Assembly: GCF_006345805.1 (NCBI RefSeq)
Contig: NC_043016.1
Coordinates: 11,470,001-11,534,000 of the forward strand
Origin: Octopus sinensis
Lineage: Eukaryota
Reading direction: 5' to 3'
DNA: 64,000 nt
Each line of letters begins with the position of its first letter. The stretch's first letter is position 1. Below, piece after piece: positions 14,482 through 26,985 of the stretch. The notes under the pieces were generated by a model. It was not told the origin of the DNA. It did not search any database and saw only the letters and a list, made by a program, of their open reading frames with translations. The translations under genes and the position numbers were made by a program.

Positions 14482-14981
14482 TATATAGGCCATTATATAA
14501 CACATATTTGCCCAACCTGCCGCGTAGTGGGACTGAACCCGGAACCATGTAGTTAGGAAGCAAACTTATTACACATCCACACGCCCTGCGCCTATGAATG
14601 CCAGGAATATTCTTCTGTTCTCTCTTTCTCTCTCAAAATTTCAAGTGTTTGGCTGAAATATAAGAAAACAGAAATTAAAGAAGCAAATGGTTGGGGTTTT
14701 TTTGTTGTGTTGCTGCAAAATATTATTGACCATGACTTAAAAGATCACCTGTCAAAATAATTTGTCTTCAAAGGGAAAAAAAAAAAGATTTTTTTGAAAT
14801 ATTACGTCTCTTGAACAACGATGGTTCAAATACCCAGACTATAGTGTAGCTGAATATTCATAATATTATTTTGTCCTAAAACTTATTTATTAATATATTA
14901 AAGCCTATTAAAAATGAAAATATATTATCCTTCAAATAATAAAAGGCGGTTTCTTTACCGAAGTACTCCTATTTTGTTTAG

Positions 14982-15028
14982 ATTCAGTGCGATGACACGA
15001 CTCAGTAAAAAGTGTAGGAATCGAAAGG
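14982..15028 (+). CDS. Candidate 47-nt exon, unknown gene
   Basis: tattttgtttag|...AAGG|gtaagt (consensus donor). ATG at 14992 gives MTRLSKKCRNRK and ends in phase 1. Confidence 0.25.
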
Positions 15029-15582
15029 GTAAGTGACTCTAGGCTTTAGCCTTCGAAACTTCCGGTTTGCCAAAAAAGATAAAAAGCACCTGTAAAGGTA
15101 CGCCGGTTTATTAAACAATTACGTCTGCAGCTGTACGGCCAACTATGCCTAAAAAGAAGAAAGCTATATAACTTCAGGTTTTCGCAAGAAAAAAAGAATT
15201 AAAGCGATAGTCTGCAGGATAATAATTATCTATGTGAACAGGATTGCTGCTCCCGTACCTGTTATGATATCCCAAGCTTTAGAACTCTTCGCTAGGTCAC
15301 TCATTTTAAAATCTGATGAAGTTGCCCGAATGTTATAAACCTGCCCGTCGAAGTATAGTATTTTTCAACGTAACGGTAAATAAATACTTTTTCTTAAAAC
15401 TTCATGCATTGTTCATCTTTCACATCCTACAGTATGTCCAATTATAACAACAAATTTTTATCGTTACAACTGCTGACTCCGACACTTCATATTATTGAGT
15501 ACCTAATCAAATCTTACCCGTTACAATTGGTAAACTATACTAATTAAAACCATAACCGTTACGTCTGCTTTCGTGTTTTCAG

Positions 15583-15648
15583 CATCCTTACACACACACA
15601 ACGCCCGAGGAGTACATCCAAAAGATGCCTCTCCTTTATTCAACTTTG
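15583..15648 (+). CDS. Candidate 66-nt phase 1-1 exon, unknown gene
   Basis: ctttcgtgttttcag|...|gtaact; open frame (A)SLHTHNARGVHPKDASPLFNF in non-repetitive sequence. Confidence 0.25.
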
Positions 15649-16095
15649 GTAACTGTAGGTTTGACCAGGAGGACGACGAAACAACACCTTCGTTCTGGGT
15701 CATTTAAGCCTATATTGGTGGAGGTAAAGAATACGTACACCACCCGTTTTCGGCGTTACAAAAACCCTAATTCCTAACCACCGGGTATGCGTATTCTTTA
15801 CTTTCGCCCCTGTATTATAACTAATGAAATATTTTGCGTAATATAAGAGAAACGAGTTAAAAATTGTTTGGTATGTGTCATAGTGCCATTTTTTTAAAAT
15901 GTTATGTGCTCGCCCCCACTAACTTAACTTTGTGGAAGCGCGTGGCTTAGTGGTTAAGATGCTGGACACCTGATCGTAAGATTGTGGTTTCGGTTCCTAG
16001 ACCAGACAGTTAGATTTCTTTAAAGCAAAATACTTCATTTCACCTTGCCTCAGTCCACTCAGCTGGCAAAAACGGCGTCCCATCCAGGCGGGGAA

Positions 16096-16165
<70 letters not shown>

Positions 16166-16474
16166 CAGAGTAAGCACATAAATGCGAAATAAGGTGGAAA
16201 AAATAGTACTCGAATACCAGAGGTAGAGTAATATGCTTTATTAAAAAGCGGCTAAAATACCACATTCCCGTTTGTCGAGCAAGCTATTTTTGACTTAAGA
16301 TTTTCTTCGATTTTTATAATACTACGATCTTAAACCGCAATTTGTTATTTCATGCAAACGGTTATTGAAAAGACCATTAGTCGAAAGGACCAATGAAACA
16401 AAACTATTTTCATATGTGCATCTATCAAAATAATTGTATTTCTGCATATCACCTTATCTTGCTCCATTCTAAAC

Positions 16475-16520
16475 AAAACTGTCTGACAAACGAGAACGTG
16501 AAACTCTGAGTAACAGTTTT
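16475..16520 (+). ncRNA. Type I HHR motif with G8A change
   Basis: aaaactgt-CTGACAA-acg agaa cgt-GAAAC-tctga-GTA-acagtttt; 8-bp stem I. Confidence 0.65.
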
Positions 16521-16672
16521 TGTGATATTTTTGCTGCTTTTTAATAGTGTGTGTGTGTGTGTAATATTTATATAACGGGAAGCTTTATGAAAATAAACAA
16601 AAGACAAAGGCAGGTGGAATACAAACGAACAATTGTATTAGTATAGCGCTCAGGAATATAAATAAAACAGGT

Positions 16673-16708
16673 CTTTTACGTTTCGAGCCTACGCTCTTCA
16701 ACAGGAAG
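16673..16708 (-). ncRNA. Minimal HHR-like motif, CTGTTGA core
   Basis: Reverse complement reads cttc-CTGTTGA-a-gagc gtag gctc-GAAAC-GTA-aaag. Host element about 16575-16768. Confidence 0.55.
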
Positions 16709-16763
16709 ATACACAGAAAAGAAACACGGAGAGAAAAAAAATGCGTGCAGAAGCTAGCGAATC

Positions 16764-16799
<36 letters not shown>

Positions 16800-17837
16800 G
16801 CATACGCCGTGGAAACCAGAAAACCGGCCCTTATGAGTCTATGTGACTAACTTTAGAACCTGGCTATGCTTCTCTGGTTTGGAAGTTGGAATTTGTCGTT
16901 TGCGAAATTGTTTCACACCGGATGCTCTTTTCAGCACTAACTTGTTTTGCTTGTTGACAGGAGAAACTGACAAACGATGGTGTCTTCTCGCTGTTCTTTC
17001 GTACAAGCAATCGCAGTTTGCAGAGACGAGCAAGCAAACACACAAGCACGCACGACAGTTATCTTCAGTTTCCGTCTACCAAATCTTTGGTTTTGCGCCA
17101 AAGCAATCGCAGGTGACACTTGTCGAAAGCATCAGTTGTCAAGCAATAGTCGAGGGGTGGGGACTAACATATACATACATGTAAATATATATATATCATC
17201 ATCCTCTTCATCCTTTAACGTCCACTTTCCATGCTGGCATGGGTTGGACGGTTTGACTGGCAAAGTCGGGAGGCTGCACCAGGCTCCAATCTGATCTGGC
17301 ATGGTTTCTACAGCTGGATGCTTTTCCTAACGCCAACCACCCTGAGTGTGTAGTGGGACAAACCAAGACCCACAGCCATACTGACAACTTCAAATTCTTT
17401 CCTGCTGGGTTGCAGATGCTTTGCTGGTGAGGTTAGACAAGATCGAAACATGGCATTACTTTTAACATTTAGCTTTGAAGAAAAACTATTCAACAGATGA
17501 ATTGTTTTTATTTTTGAAATTTTCATATTTGAATATATTATTGAAGATATCTCCCTTCAGGGAGTTTATGACTGCTAATTACTTGAACAATCTGTTAAAT
17601 GCAGTTTTACAATACACTGTAATATATAACTCTGCTGTATTTTGTAATTCTTAATACAGAGCACTTCTCTGAAATATTTTTCTCTTCAGCCATACAGTAT
17701 GACTGAGTGTGTGTGTGTGTATTACGTGCATTTAGAGTAAAGTGTCAGAAACTATACGCATGCACGTTCGACCTCGTGTGTACCATTGGCGATTTTTTCC
17801 CTCTGTCTTCCCTTCTCTGGATCTTTCCTTCTCCTAT

Positions 17838-17872
17838 GTTTCCGACGAAGAGCTCCGCTCGAAACGTTAAAC
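17838..17872 (+). ncRNA. Minimal HHR-like motif, CCGACGA core
   Basis: gttt-CCGACGA-a-gagc tcc gctc-GAAAC-GTT-aaac. Host element about 17773-17962. Confidence 0.55.
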
Positions 17873-17962
17873 CCTCCTTCTTTCCTGAGCGTCCAATAAT
17901 ACTTTATTTGTTCCACGTCCTCGCGTTGTTGTTCTTTTTTTTTGTGCTTTCTTGTTTGGATT

Positions 17963-18975
17963 CAGCCATGCTACATGGCAGTGAAACATGGGCCGTGACT
18001 GCTGAGGATATGCGTAAGCTCGCTAGAAATGAAGCCAGTATGCTCCGATGGATGTGTAATGCCGGTACTCACACTCGGCAGAGTGTAAGTACCTTGAGAG
18101 AAACTGGACCTAAGAAGCATCAGTTGTGGTGTGCAAGAGAGACGTTTGCGCTGGTATGGTCATGTGGCGAGAATGGATGAAGATAGTTGTGTGAAAAGTG
18201 CCACCCCTAGCGGTGAGGGAACCTGTGGAAGAGGCAGACCCAGGAAAACCTGGGACGAGGTGGTGAAGCACAACCTTCGAACTTTAGGTCTCATGAGGAA
18301 ATGACTAGAGACCGAGACCTCTGGAAGTTGCTGTGCGCGAGAAGACCGGCAGGACAAGTGAGTCCACAACCCGTGGCCTTCTACATGGGATGGAGCCAGC
18401 CTACGTATGCATACCTTCCCTTCTTGGGACACAAAACTCTACTTGTGAAGACGTGTTGAGGCAAGTGAGGATCAGAATCGAAATCGATCAATGGAAATTG
18501 CGGATGTGCTACCAGTGCCGGTGGCATGTCGAAACTCTGCTTGTGAAGACCCATTGAGGCAAGTGAGGATCAGAATCGAAATCGATCAATGGAAATCGAT
18601 CAATGGAAATTGCAGATGTGTTACCAGTGCCGGTGGCATGTAAGAGAACTTTCCGTTTCGCGACCGTTGCCGGCACTGCCCCGTTTCGTGTCCGTTGCCA
18701 GCCTCGCTGGCCCTCGTGCCGGTGGCACATAAAAAGACACATCCGTTCGTGGCCGTTTGCCAGCTCTGTCTGGCACCAGTGCGGGTGGCACGTAAAAAGC
18801 ACCCACTACACTCACGGAGTGGTTGGCGTTAGGAAGGGCATCCAGCCGTAGAAACACTGCCAGATTTGACTGGGCCTGATGAAGCCTTCTGGCTTCACAG
18901 ACCCCAGTAGAACCGTCCAACCCATGCTAGCATGGAAAACGGACGCTAAATGATGATGATGATGATGATGATGAT
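17963..18975 (+). mobile_element. RTE-clade LINE 3' end with long repetitive 3' UTR
   Basis: AMLHGSETWAVTAEDMRKLARNEASMLRWMC...RRLRWYGHVARM...GRGRPRKTW (frameshifted); ends in (GAT)n. Confidence 0.85.
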
Positions 18976-19513
18976 ATAAACATGCATACACACACACAAA
19001 CACATGTTAAGTATGCGTGCGTGTGTATTTGTATGTGTATATATATAAATGTTATTCACGAATGTGTCTGTCTCCTTGTAATTTATGCATTTGTCTTTTC
19101 TATAATTTATTTACGTATGTGTATGACTATGCTGGTTCCTAGGTTGCTTCAAAAGTAAATAGTCACACCTCGTTGCTATGCTTACTGACAAATGAGTAGT
19201 TATTGTGAAATCTGGTTGTCATAATCATCATCATCATCATCATTGCCGCTGTTTAATTGTTGTGTTGTCAGACAAAGGAAGACGTATGTGCAACTAGAAA
19301 TTGTCTTCTGAGATAAAAAAAAAAAAAAAAACCAATAGAGCTATAGTACTTCTGCTTATTTTTCTGTGATTGTTATCGTTTATGATGTAACGATACATAT
19401 CTGTCTAGCTCTCTATCTATCTATATCTATCTCTCCCCGCTCATTCTATCTATGTATATTTCACAGGTATAGAAATAGATAGATTGATATGTGTGTGTAC
19501 ACGTACATGATTA

Positions 19514-19739
19514 CACACGAAGGGGTGCTGGAAAGTTGCTCCTTTTAGGTGAAAGAAGATACAGGAGGGTCAGTTAATTATGATTTTATTTAAAATAGTC
19601 TCCTCTTAGATTCACACACTTACTGCAGCCGTCTTTCATTTTTTTCCTAAGCTCTGTAAAAAGAACTTGGAAAGTTGAGCCTCCAACCAGACCTTTCACA
19701 ACACCCTTAAAACCACGAACTTTTCAGCACCTCCTCATA
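19514..19739 (-). mobile_element. Mariner-derived MITE
   Basis: TIRs ggggtgctggaaagtt / aacttttcagcacctc. Opposite-orientation relative at about 9905-10085 encodes KLQDRCNKCVNLR..EYVE*. Confidence 0.65.
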
Positions 19740-19796
19740 CATATATATATATTGATAGACTCTGTGTCTGTGTGTGTCTACATATAGATGTATATG

Positions 19797-20168
19797 TGGA
19801 GGGGCAATGGCTTAGTGGTTCGGGCAGCAGACTCGTGATCCTAGGACCGCGGTTTCGATTCCCAGATCGGGCGTTGTGAGTGTTTATTGAGCGAAAATAC
19901 CTAAAGTTCCACGAGGCTCCGGCAAGGGGTGGTGGCGAACCTTGCTGTACACTTTCACCACAACTTTCTCTTACTCTTTCTTCTTGTTTCTGTTGTACCT
20001 GTATTTTTAAAGGGCCAGCCTTGTCACGCTGAATCACTCCGAGGACTACGTTAAGAGTACACGTGTCTGTGGAGTGCTCAGCCACTTGCACATTAATTTC
20101 ATGAGCAGGTTGTTCTGTTGATCAAATCAGCTGGAACCTTCGTCGTGGTAACCGACGGAGTGCCACGA
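19797..20168 (+). mobile_element. tRNA-derived SINE family C
   Basis: tggcttagtggtt...ggtttcgattccc head. Related pieces at 4800-4985 (-), 9230-9480, 14270-14370 (-), 15935-16070. Confidence 0.7.
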
Positions 20169-20734
20169 TAGATGTATATACATGTGTGTGCGATGTTTTA
20201 AGTAGTTGGAATTCATTGGCTTACTACATTAATTATATTAGCGCCAACTTTACCATTAAAATTCTATTTCCAGATTTTCGTGATTTCAATTTTTTATCGA
20301 TTACTTCAAGTGTCTCTCTTTTTGTGTTTTGGTCAAAGAACAGTCATCTGCACAAGCCATCAGGAATTGTTTGCAAGATTTTGTAGAACACTTCTGTTAT
20401 AAATCCAATTCTAATCTAGGATATTGTAAACGAACATTAAATTGATATTGTTCTACATATGCACGACAATACCAATTAACATTGTCCTACATGTGCATCT
20501 GGTAGTGGGCTACATGTTTGGGGAGTTCCAGTGTTTTGAGGAATGTAAAACCACCTCTTAGCCATTGTTGTTTCTAAGTCTACTCTGACCCAGAGAAGTA
20601 GTACCTACCAGGGTCCCAGCCATGGGCTTAAGTAGCATGTAACCACTTGAGCCAGGGTATATTGAATTCATAGGGTGCAGTGTAGTATATTTGGATGTGA
20701 ATTAATTTTACTTTTCTGGCAAAGGAATTTTATT

Positions 20735-21410
20735 GTATCACCAGATGCTGAGCAGATGAACTGACAACAAACAATCAACAATCAGTCAACCAGTCCAGTT
20801 AACAAACAACTGTTATCAAGGCATGCAGAGCTGAGATATTTCAGTTAGTGTATGACCAATGTGACTAGTTCATTTAGTGTTGAGCTAATGCTACCATCTG
20901 TAGCTGTGGGTCATGCGCAGATGAAATATTTCAATTAGAAAAAGACCAATGTAGCTAAAACCTAAGTCAGATGTTCAAATCAATGGTGAATATCACTAAA
21001 TGCTGAGCAAATGAACAGACAAGAAACTGTCAATGGCTAGTATCAACCAGTCCAGTTAACAAACAACTGTTATCAAAGCATGCAGGGGTGAGATATTTCA
21101 GTTAGTGTATGACCAATGTGACTAAAACCTAAGTCAGATGTTTGAGTCAATGGTGAATGTCACTAGATGCTGAGCAGATGAATGGACAAGAAACCGTCAA
21201 TGGTCACAATCAACCAGTTTAGTTACAGAACTACTGCTATTAACTGTAGTTGTGGCATTCAGCGATGAGATATTTCAGTTAGTGTACGACCAATGTGACT
21301 AAAACCCAGGCCAGATGTTTGAGTCAATGGTGAATGTCACTAGATGCTGAGCAGATGAATGGACAACAAACTATCAATGGCCAGGATCAATCACTTCGGT
21401 TAGTGAGCTA
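20735..21410. repeat. Complex tandem repeat, about 170-255-bp units
   Basis: atgctgagca(g/a)atgaa recurs near 20744, 21000, 21166 and 21344; ga(g/a)atatttca(g/a)ttag...gaccaatgt recurs four times. Confidence 0.85.
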
Positions 21411-21633
21411 AAGCCTGAGTATGTATTCTTTTACTCTTCTACACATTTAGTCATTTGACTGCGGCCATGCTGAAGCATCACCTTAAATGATTTTAGTCAA
21501 AGAAATCAACACCAGGATTGTGTTTGTAAGCCTAGTACTTATTCTATCGGCCTCTTATCCTGAACCATTAAGTTACAAGGATGTGAACATGCTAACATCA
21601 GTTGTCAAGAAGGCTGCACCAGGCTCCCATCTG

Positions 21634-21671
<38 letters not shown>

Positions 21672-23857
21672 CTGTATGCATGTATTTGTGTGTGTCCCCT
21701 ACCACCACCACCTATCACTTCATGCCAATGTTGGTGTGTTTATGTCCCCGTAACTTAGAGGTTTGGCAAAAGGGACCGATAGAATAGGTAGGTACTAGAC
21801 TTACAAATAATTAGTAGTCCTGCAGTGCTCCAGCATGGCCGCAGTCAAATGACTGAAAGAAGTAATAGAATCAAAGAATAACCGTGCAGTTATTTATTTT
21901 GCTCTTTTACATGTTTTGTGTAGTGTCGCTTAAACGGTACCCAGTACACTTTGTGAAATGGTTAGCATTAGGAAAGACATCCAGCTGTAGAAACCATTGG
22001 AGCCAGGTGCAGCTCACCAGCCTGCTAGGTTCTGTTAAACCATTCAACCCATGCCAGCATGTAAAATAGATTGATGATGATGATGGTTTTACATATTTCA
22101 ATCATTGGACTGCAGCCATGCTGGAGCATTGTCTTTCCATCAACCAAATTCACTGACAAGACCCTGGGCTGTAATAGAAAAAAAAAACTTCCCCAAGGTG
22201 TCATTCATTAGGATTGAACCTAGAACCATATGGTTGCCAAGCAATCTTCTTAACCACATTATCGTCTGTTCTTTTATTCTTCTCTCTACACAATTTGATT
22301 TTTGATTTTTTCCTTCTTTTATTTTTATTGTTGTTTTTATATTTCTTTTCATGTGGTAGGAGAGTAAATGTCTTTAAATTCCAATAAAGTGAGGAAAGAA
22401 TTTGGTAGGGAGAATGTTTTTTTTTCCCCCCCACAAAGATACTCCTATTTGGAAGGACATACCCCAATTTTGACATGAAGAAAAAAAAAACCAAATTTAC
22501 TAAGGGAGGGAGAAGCAGGGAACCCAACAAATACAGAACTCAGGTCTCACAAGATACCAGCATTTCCACATACTTTGCCAAAATGTTTTGTTTGATTTAT
22601 ACATACAGATCATGTTGATCTTTTATGCTTTACATTTATTTATTTATTATTTTTTTTTAGTTCTACAGTATTTGAAACATTGTAAGCTTAAAACATAGAC
22701 AATTCCCATCACACACACACCTCTGGAGTTAAAATTGGGTCATGAAAAAAGGAAATGCATTCTTTTATTCTTTTTTCGTTTCAGTCATTTGACTGCGGCC
22801 ATGCTGGGGCACCACCTTTAGTCAAACAAATCAACCCCAGGACTTATTCTTTGTGAGCCCAGTACTTATTCTATCAGTTTCTTTTGCTAATTTTCTGAGT
22901 TATGAGGATGTAAACACACCAACGTTAGTTGTCAAGCAAACGTCCACTTTCCATGCTGGCATGGGTTGGATAGTTTGACGGAGGACTGGCAAAGCCGGGC
23001 GGCTGCACCAAGCTACAATCTGATCTGGCAAGGTTTCTACAGCTGGATGCTTTTCCTAACACCAACCACTCCAGGAGTGTAGTGAGTGCTTTTTACATGC
23101 CACCGGCACGAGAGGCTGTCAGGTGGTACTGGCATTGACCACGCTGGCATTGACCACTGGCACAGGAACCAATCCGGAAGGACTGGCATCGACCATGCTT
23201 GAATGGTGCGCTATGGTCTCACTTGGCTTGCCGGGTCTTCTCAAGTACAGCATATCTCTAATATATATATATTTATTCATATATATATACATATGGACTT
23301 ATTTCAGTTTCTGTCTACGAAATCCACTCACAAGGCTTTGGTTGGTCTGGGGCCACAGTAGAAGACAGTTACCCAAGGGGCCATGCAGTGGGACTGAACC
23401 TGGAACCATGTGGTTGGTAAACAAGCTACTTACCATACAGCCATCCTACACATGGCAAATTTTGATTACTTAGCTTTGAGGAAGAGGAAAAGTAGCTTGC
23501 TTAACACCAAGAAATATGATAATCTATAAGCATGGATTATTCTCAAATCAAGCTTATCACCCATAATCATTTATCGTCATCGTAATCATTTTAATACTAA
23601 TTTTTTCTTGTATGGGTCAGAGTTTTTATTTATTCTTTTTTGAGGTGGGTGGGGCAGATTTTCTACGGTTGGATGCTGTCGTCAAACCCACACCTGTTTC
23701 CAAGTGAGATAATATTATTCCTCATGGCTAGACACCACTTGTACGACGGTGACACCCGTTTACAACTATCTCAATACACGGACACACGTATATAACCATT
23801 CATTACACACACTCTCACTCACTCATACACACACACACACACACACACACACTCACT

Positions 23858-23897
<40 letters not shown>

Positions 23898-24191
23898 TAG
23901 GGGCATTAGGTACAATGCTTATCTGTCAGCATGGGTACGCTGCGCAGTTGCTCGGATACCCCACGGATCTGAGGACCGATTGCTATTTTATGTATACTCT
24001 GGCTTGCTGTCAGTAAATAAATGTAGGGATCCCATTGCATTTCTTTGTCCGAAGTATGGTGGGGGGGCGAGATGGAGAAGCGGGTATATTACGGTTAAAA
24101 CTACCCTGTCTGCGTGTTCATGTCACCTGCTCGAAATAGTAACCAAAACAACCTTTAATCACACCACACTCTTAAACCATTTTTATTGCGG

Positions 24192-24590
24192 AAAGCTTGC
24201 TTACCAACCACATGGTTCCGGGTTCAGTCCCACTGCGTGGCACCTTGGGCATGTGTCTTCTACTATAATCTCGGGCCGACCAAAGCCTTGTGAGTGGATT
24301 TGGTAGACGGAAACTGAAAGAAGCCCGTCGTATATAATATATATAATATATATAATATATATGTATATGTGTGTGTATATGTTTGTGTGTCTGTGTTTGT
24401 CCCCCCCCCCAACATCGCTTGACAACCGATGCTGGTGAGTTTACGTCCCCGTAACTTAGCGGAGACCGATAGAATAAGTACTAGGTTTACAAAGAGTAAG
24501 TCCTGGGGGTCCATTTTGCTCGACTAAAGGCGGTGCTCCAGCATGGCCACAGTCAAATGACTTAAAACAAGTAAAAGAGTAAAAAGAGAA
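24192..24590 (+). mobile_element. SINE family A
   Basis: Same head, core and tail. Other + copies at about 34930-35340, 36690-37235, 38260-38470, 41690-41850, 44378-44770. Confidence 0.85.
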
Positions 24591-25289
24591 TAGAGCGCAT
24601 CCCACTCGAAATTTCATTACCCTTAACTGCAGAAAGTGGCTTAAATGCCAATCTATCTTTTGTTAAGGAATGTCATGTCTGACACTAGTCAAGTTTATTG
24701 AGGTAACGTCGCTTGCAGAAAATATTAATTCTATTTTTTTTTTTTTTTTTTGGTAGCTATTCAACATCATAACTGGGTTAACCATGAAATTTAATTTCGT
24801 TGTAGTGAAATAAATAGGTAAAAAAAAAAAAAAAAAAAGGGGTACTTTATATAATGTAGTTTTTAATATTCTTAATGTCTTGAATAAAGACGATAGGGTG
24901 TCGGTCGGGACGAAGCGCATTCTGTCTTTTGTCTGTGCGACGAAGGTCGACATGGGATTAAACAAACTCTAAAAACACGCACGATTCATTTACCTTACTT
25001 TTTTTTATTCACAACTCATTTATGAATATTAATCGTAAACACACACACACACAAGTGCATGCCAACAGTTCGTTCGTAATTCCTTCAGACAGATGCTTCT
25101 CGCAAGCAAGCTTACATGCAAATTGCACGATGCAACAACATATGCGAATGCCCGTTGCACGTACGGAAGCGCGCGCACACACAGACACGCATAGAGAGAG
25201 AGAGAGAGGCCAGCTCCGAACAATATAGTAATGCAATGGTAAATGCACCAAGCTAACACCACACACACATATATATATATATATTATAT

Positions 25290-25323
<34 letters not shown>

Positions 25324-25336
25324 GCCAGAAATAGCC

Positions 25337-25399
25337 AGATAACCGAAGAGATGGTGTTGTGGATTCCCACTTCGGCATCTGAAACTCAGAGTTTTATCT
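25337..25399 (+). ncRNA. Type I HHR motif with CCGAAGA core
   Basis: agataa-CCGAAGA-gatg...catc-t-GAAAC-tcaga-GTT-ttatct, inside a ~180-bp island (25322-25500) between (TA)n tracts. Confidence 0.6.
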
Positions 25400-25499
25400 T
25401 GACTATCGATCGAGTAATGTAACATATAATTGTATAGATAAATTTCCTCTATTTACATAATATTGAGGTCTCTTCTTTCTTTTGTTATCTTACCGTTTT

Positions 25500-25584
<85 letters not shown>

Positions 25585-25738
25585 TGTGTGTGTGTGCACA
25601 TACACACGCTGAGAGAAAGAGAGAGAGAGAAGAACGTGAACCCTGAACTTTGTATTTCTTTATCTAAAATGATTACAAGAGCCGAAACCTAAATGGTAAT
25701 GGTAAAATTGTCGCTCCGAGAGCGCATCCAATCATACC

Positions 25739-25782
<44 letters not shown>

Positions 25783-26436
25783 TAGTCTATATTAATCTCT
25801 GAACGAGTTATAAACAGTAGGAGACACCACACACGTATTTACACATACATACATGCAAGTTTACGAAGATAACATCCTTCCATTCTTATGTACGGTCGTC
25901 GCGAGTACTGATCCACACACGAATGTAATACAAATGTGGGGGAGAGAGAGTAGCATCCAATAAAGATATACCTAGCAAGGAAAAGAGTCAAACCCACGTT
26001 ATTACACACACACACACACACACACATACACACTAACATATACACACGCACATACATACACACAAAACAAACATACTCACATATGCGCGGGTGCGAGTAT
26101 CCATGTGGGCGGCGTGATGCACGTGACTATGTTTGTGTGTGTGGGTGTGTACATAAAACTGTGTATGTATGTATGTGTGTGTGTGTGCCCCGCACCGCTT
26201 TGCTAGTAAAGGATTTGTGGGATTCACAATGCAGTATAAGCGATTCCGGTTTCATTTTTACTTATTTGGTATGTGTTATTACGGCGACTTTCTTCTAAGT
26301 AACCAGCCCTACTCCACCGATAGTGTTTCCATTTGCTACAACAGTTGATGCTCGCGAGGTAAGGGATACCTCACTACTATGTAAAACTACTACTTTATAC
26401 ACCTAATACACACACGACCTACATACACACCATAAT

Positions 26437-26468
<32 letters not shown>

Positions 26469-26952
26469 ATGCACGCGCATACAGAATATAGGTAGAGATA
26501 AATAAAGACACAGAGAGAGAGAGAGATGGATGGATGGACAGTGTTGTAAGTAGATAAGGTCAATAGAGAAAAGAGAAAGACAGGCATAGATTTAGTGATG
26601 AATAGAAAGATGTATGTATATATATAAGTGAAGATTGGATGATAGATAGGTAGATAGATAGACAGACAGAACAACATTGATCACCTCCTGTCGAACAAAT
26701 CTATGATCGAATACTTTGTATGTATGATCGAGTACTTTCCAGCCACGGCCATCCCATTTATTTGTTTGTGTATGGCACTAGATTATTTAACGTTTCTCTT
26801 GTTTTTTGTTATTCTATTTATTTATTTATTTATTTGAAACGGTGTAGTGTATTTGAAGAGTATTTGGCGGTTGTTTCTAGCAGGATCAAGAGACTACTTG
26901 GTGACTCCCCGCCGGTGTTGGCTCCGTTTGAATATACATTAACCGGGAAGAT

Positions 26953-26985
<33 letters not shown>

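Noticed and set aside
15314-15345. CTGATGA at about 15314
   Set aside because: No stem II or GAAA at the required position.
19797-19880. tRNA genes (A/B-box-like segments at SINE heads)
   Set aside because: No cloverleaf; they continue into SINE bodies.
26230-26365. Possible first exon ending GAG|GTAAGG near 26358
   Set aside because: A single donor-like motif with no other support.
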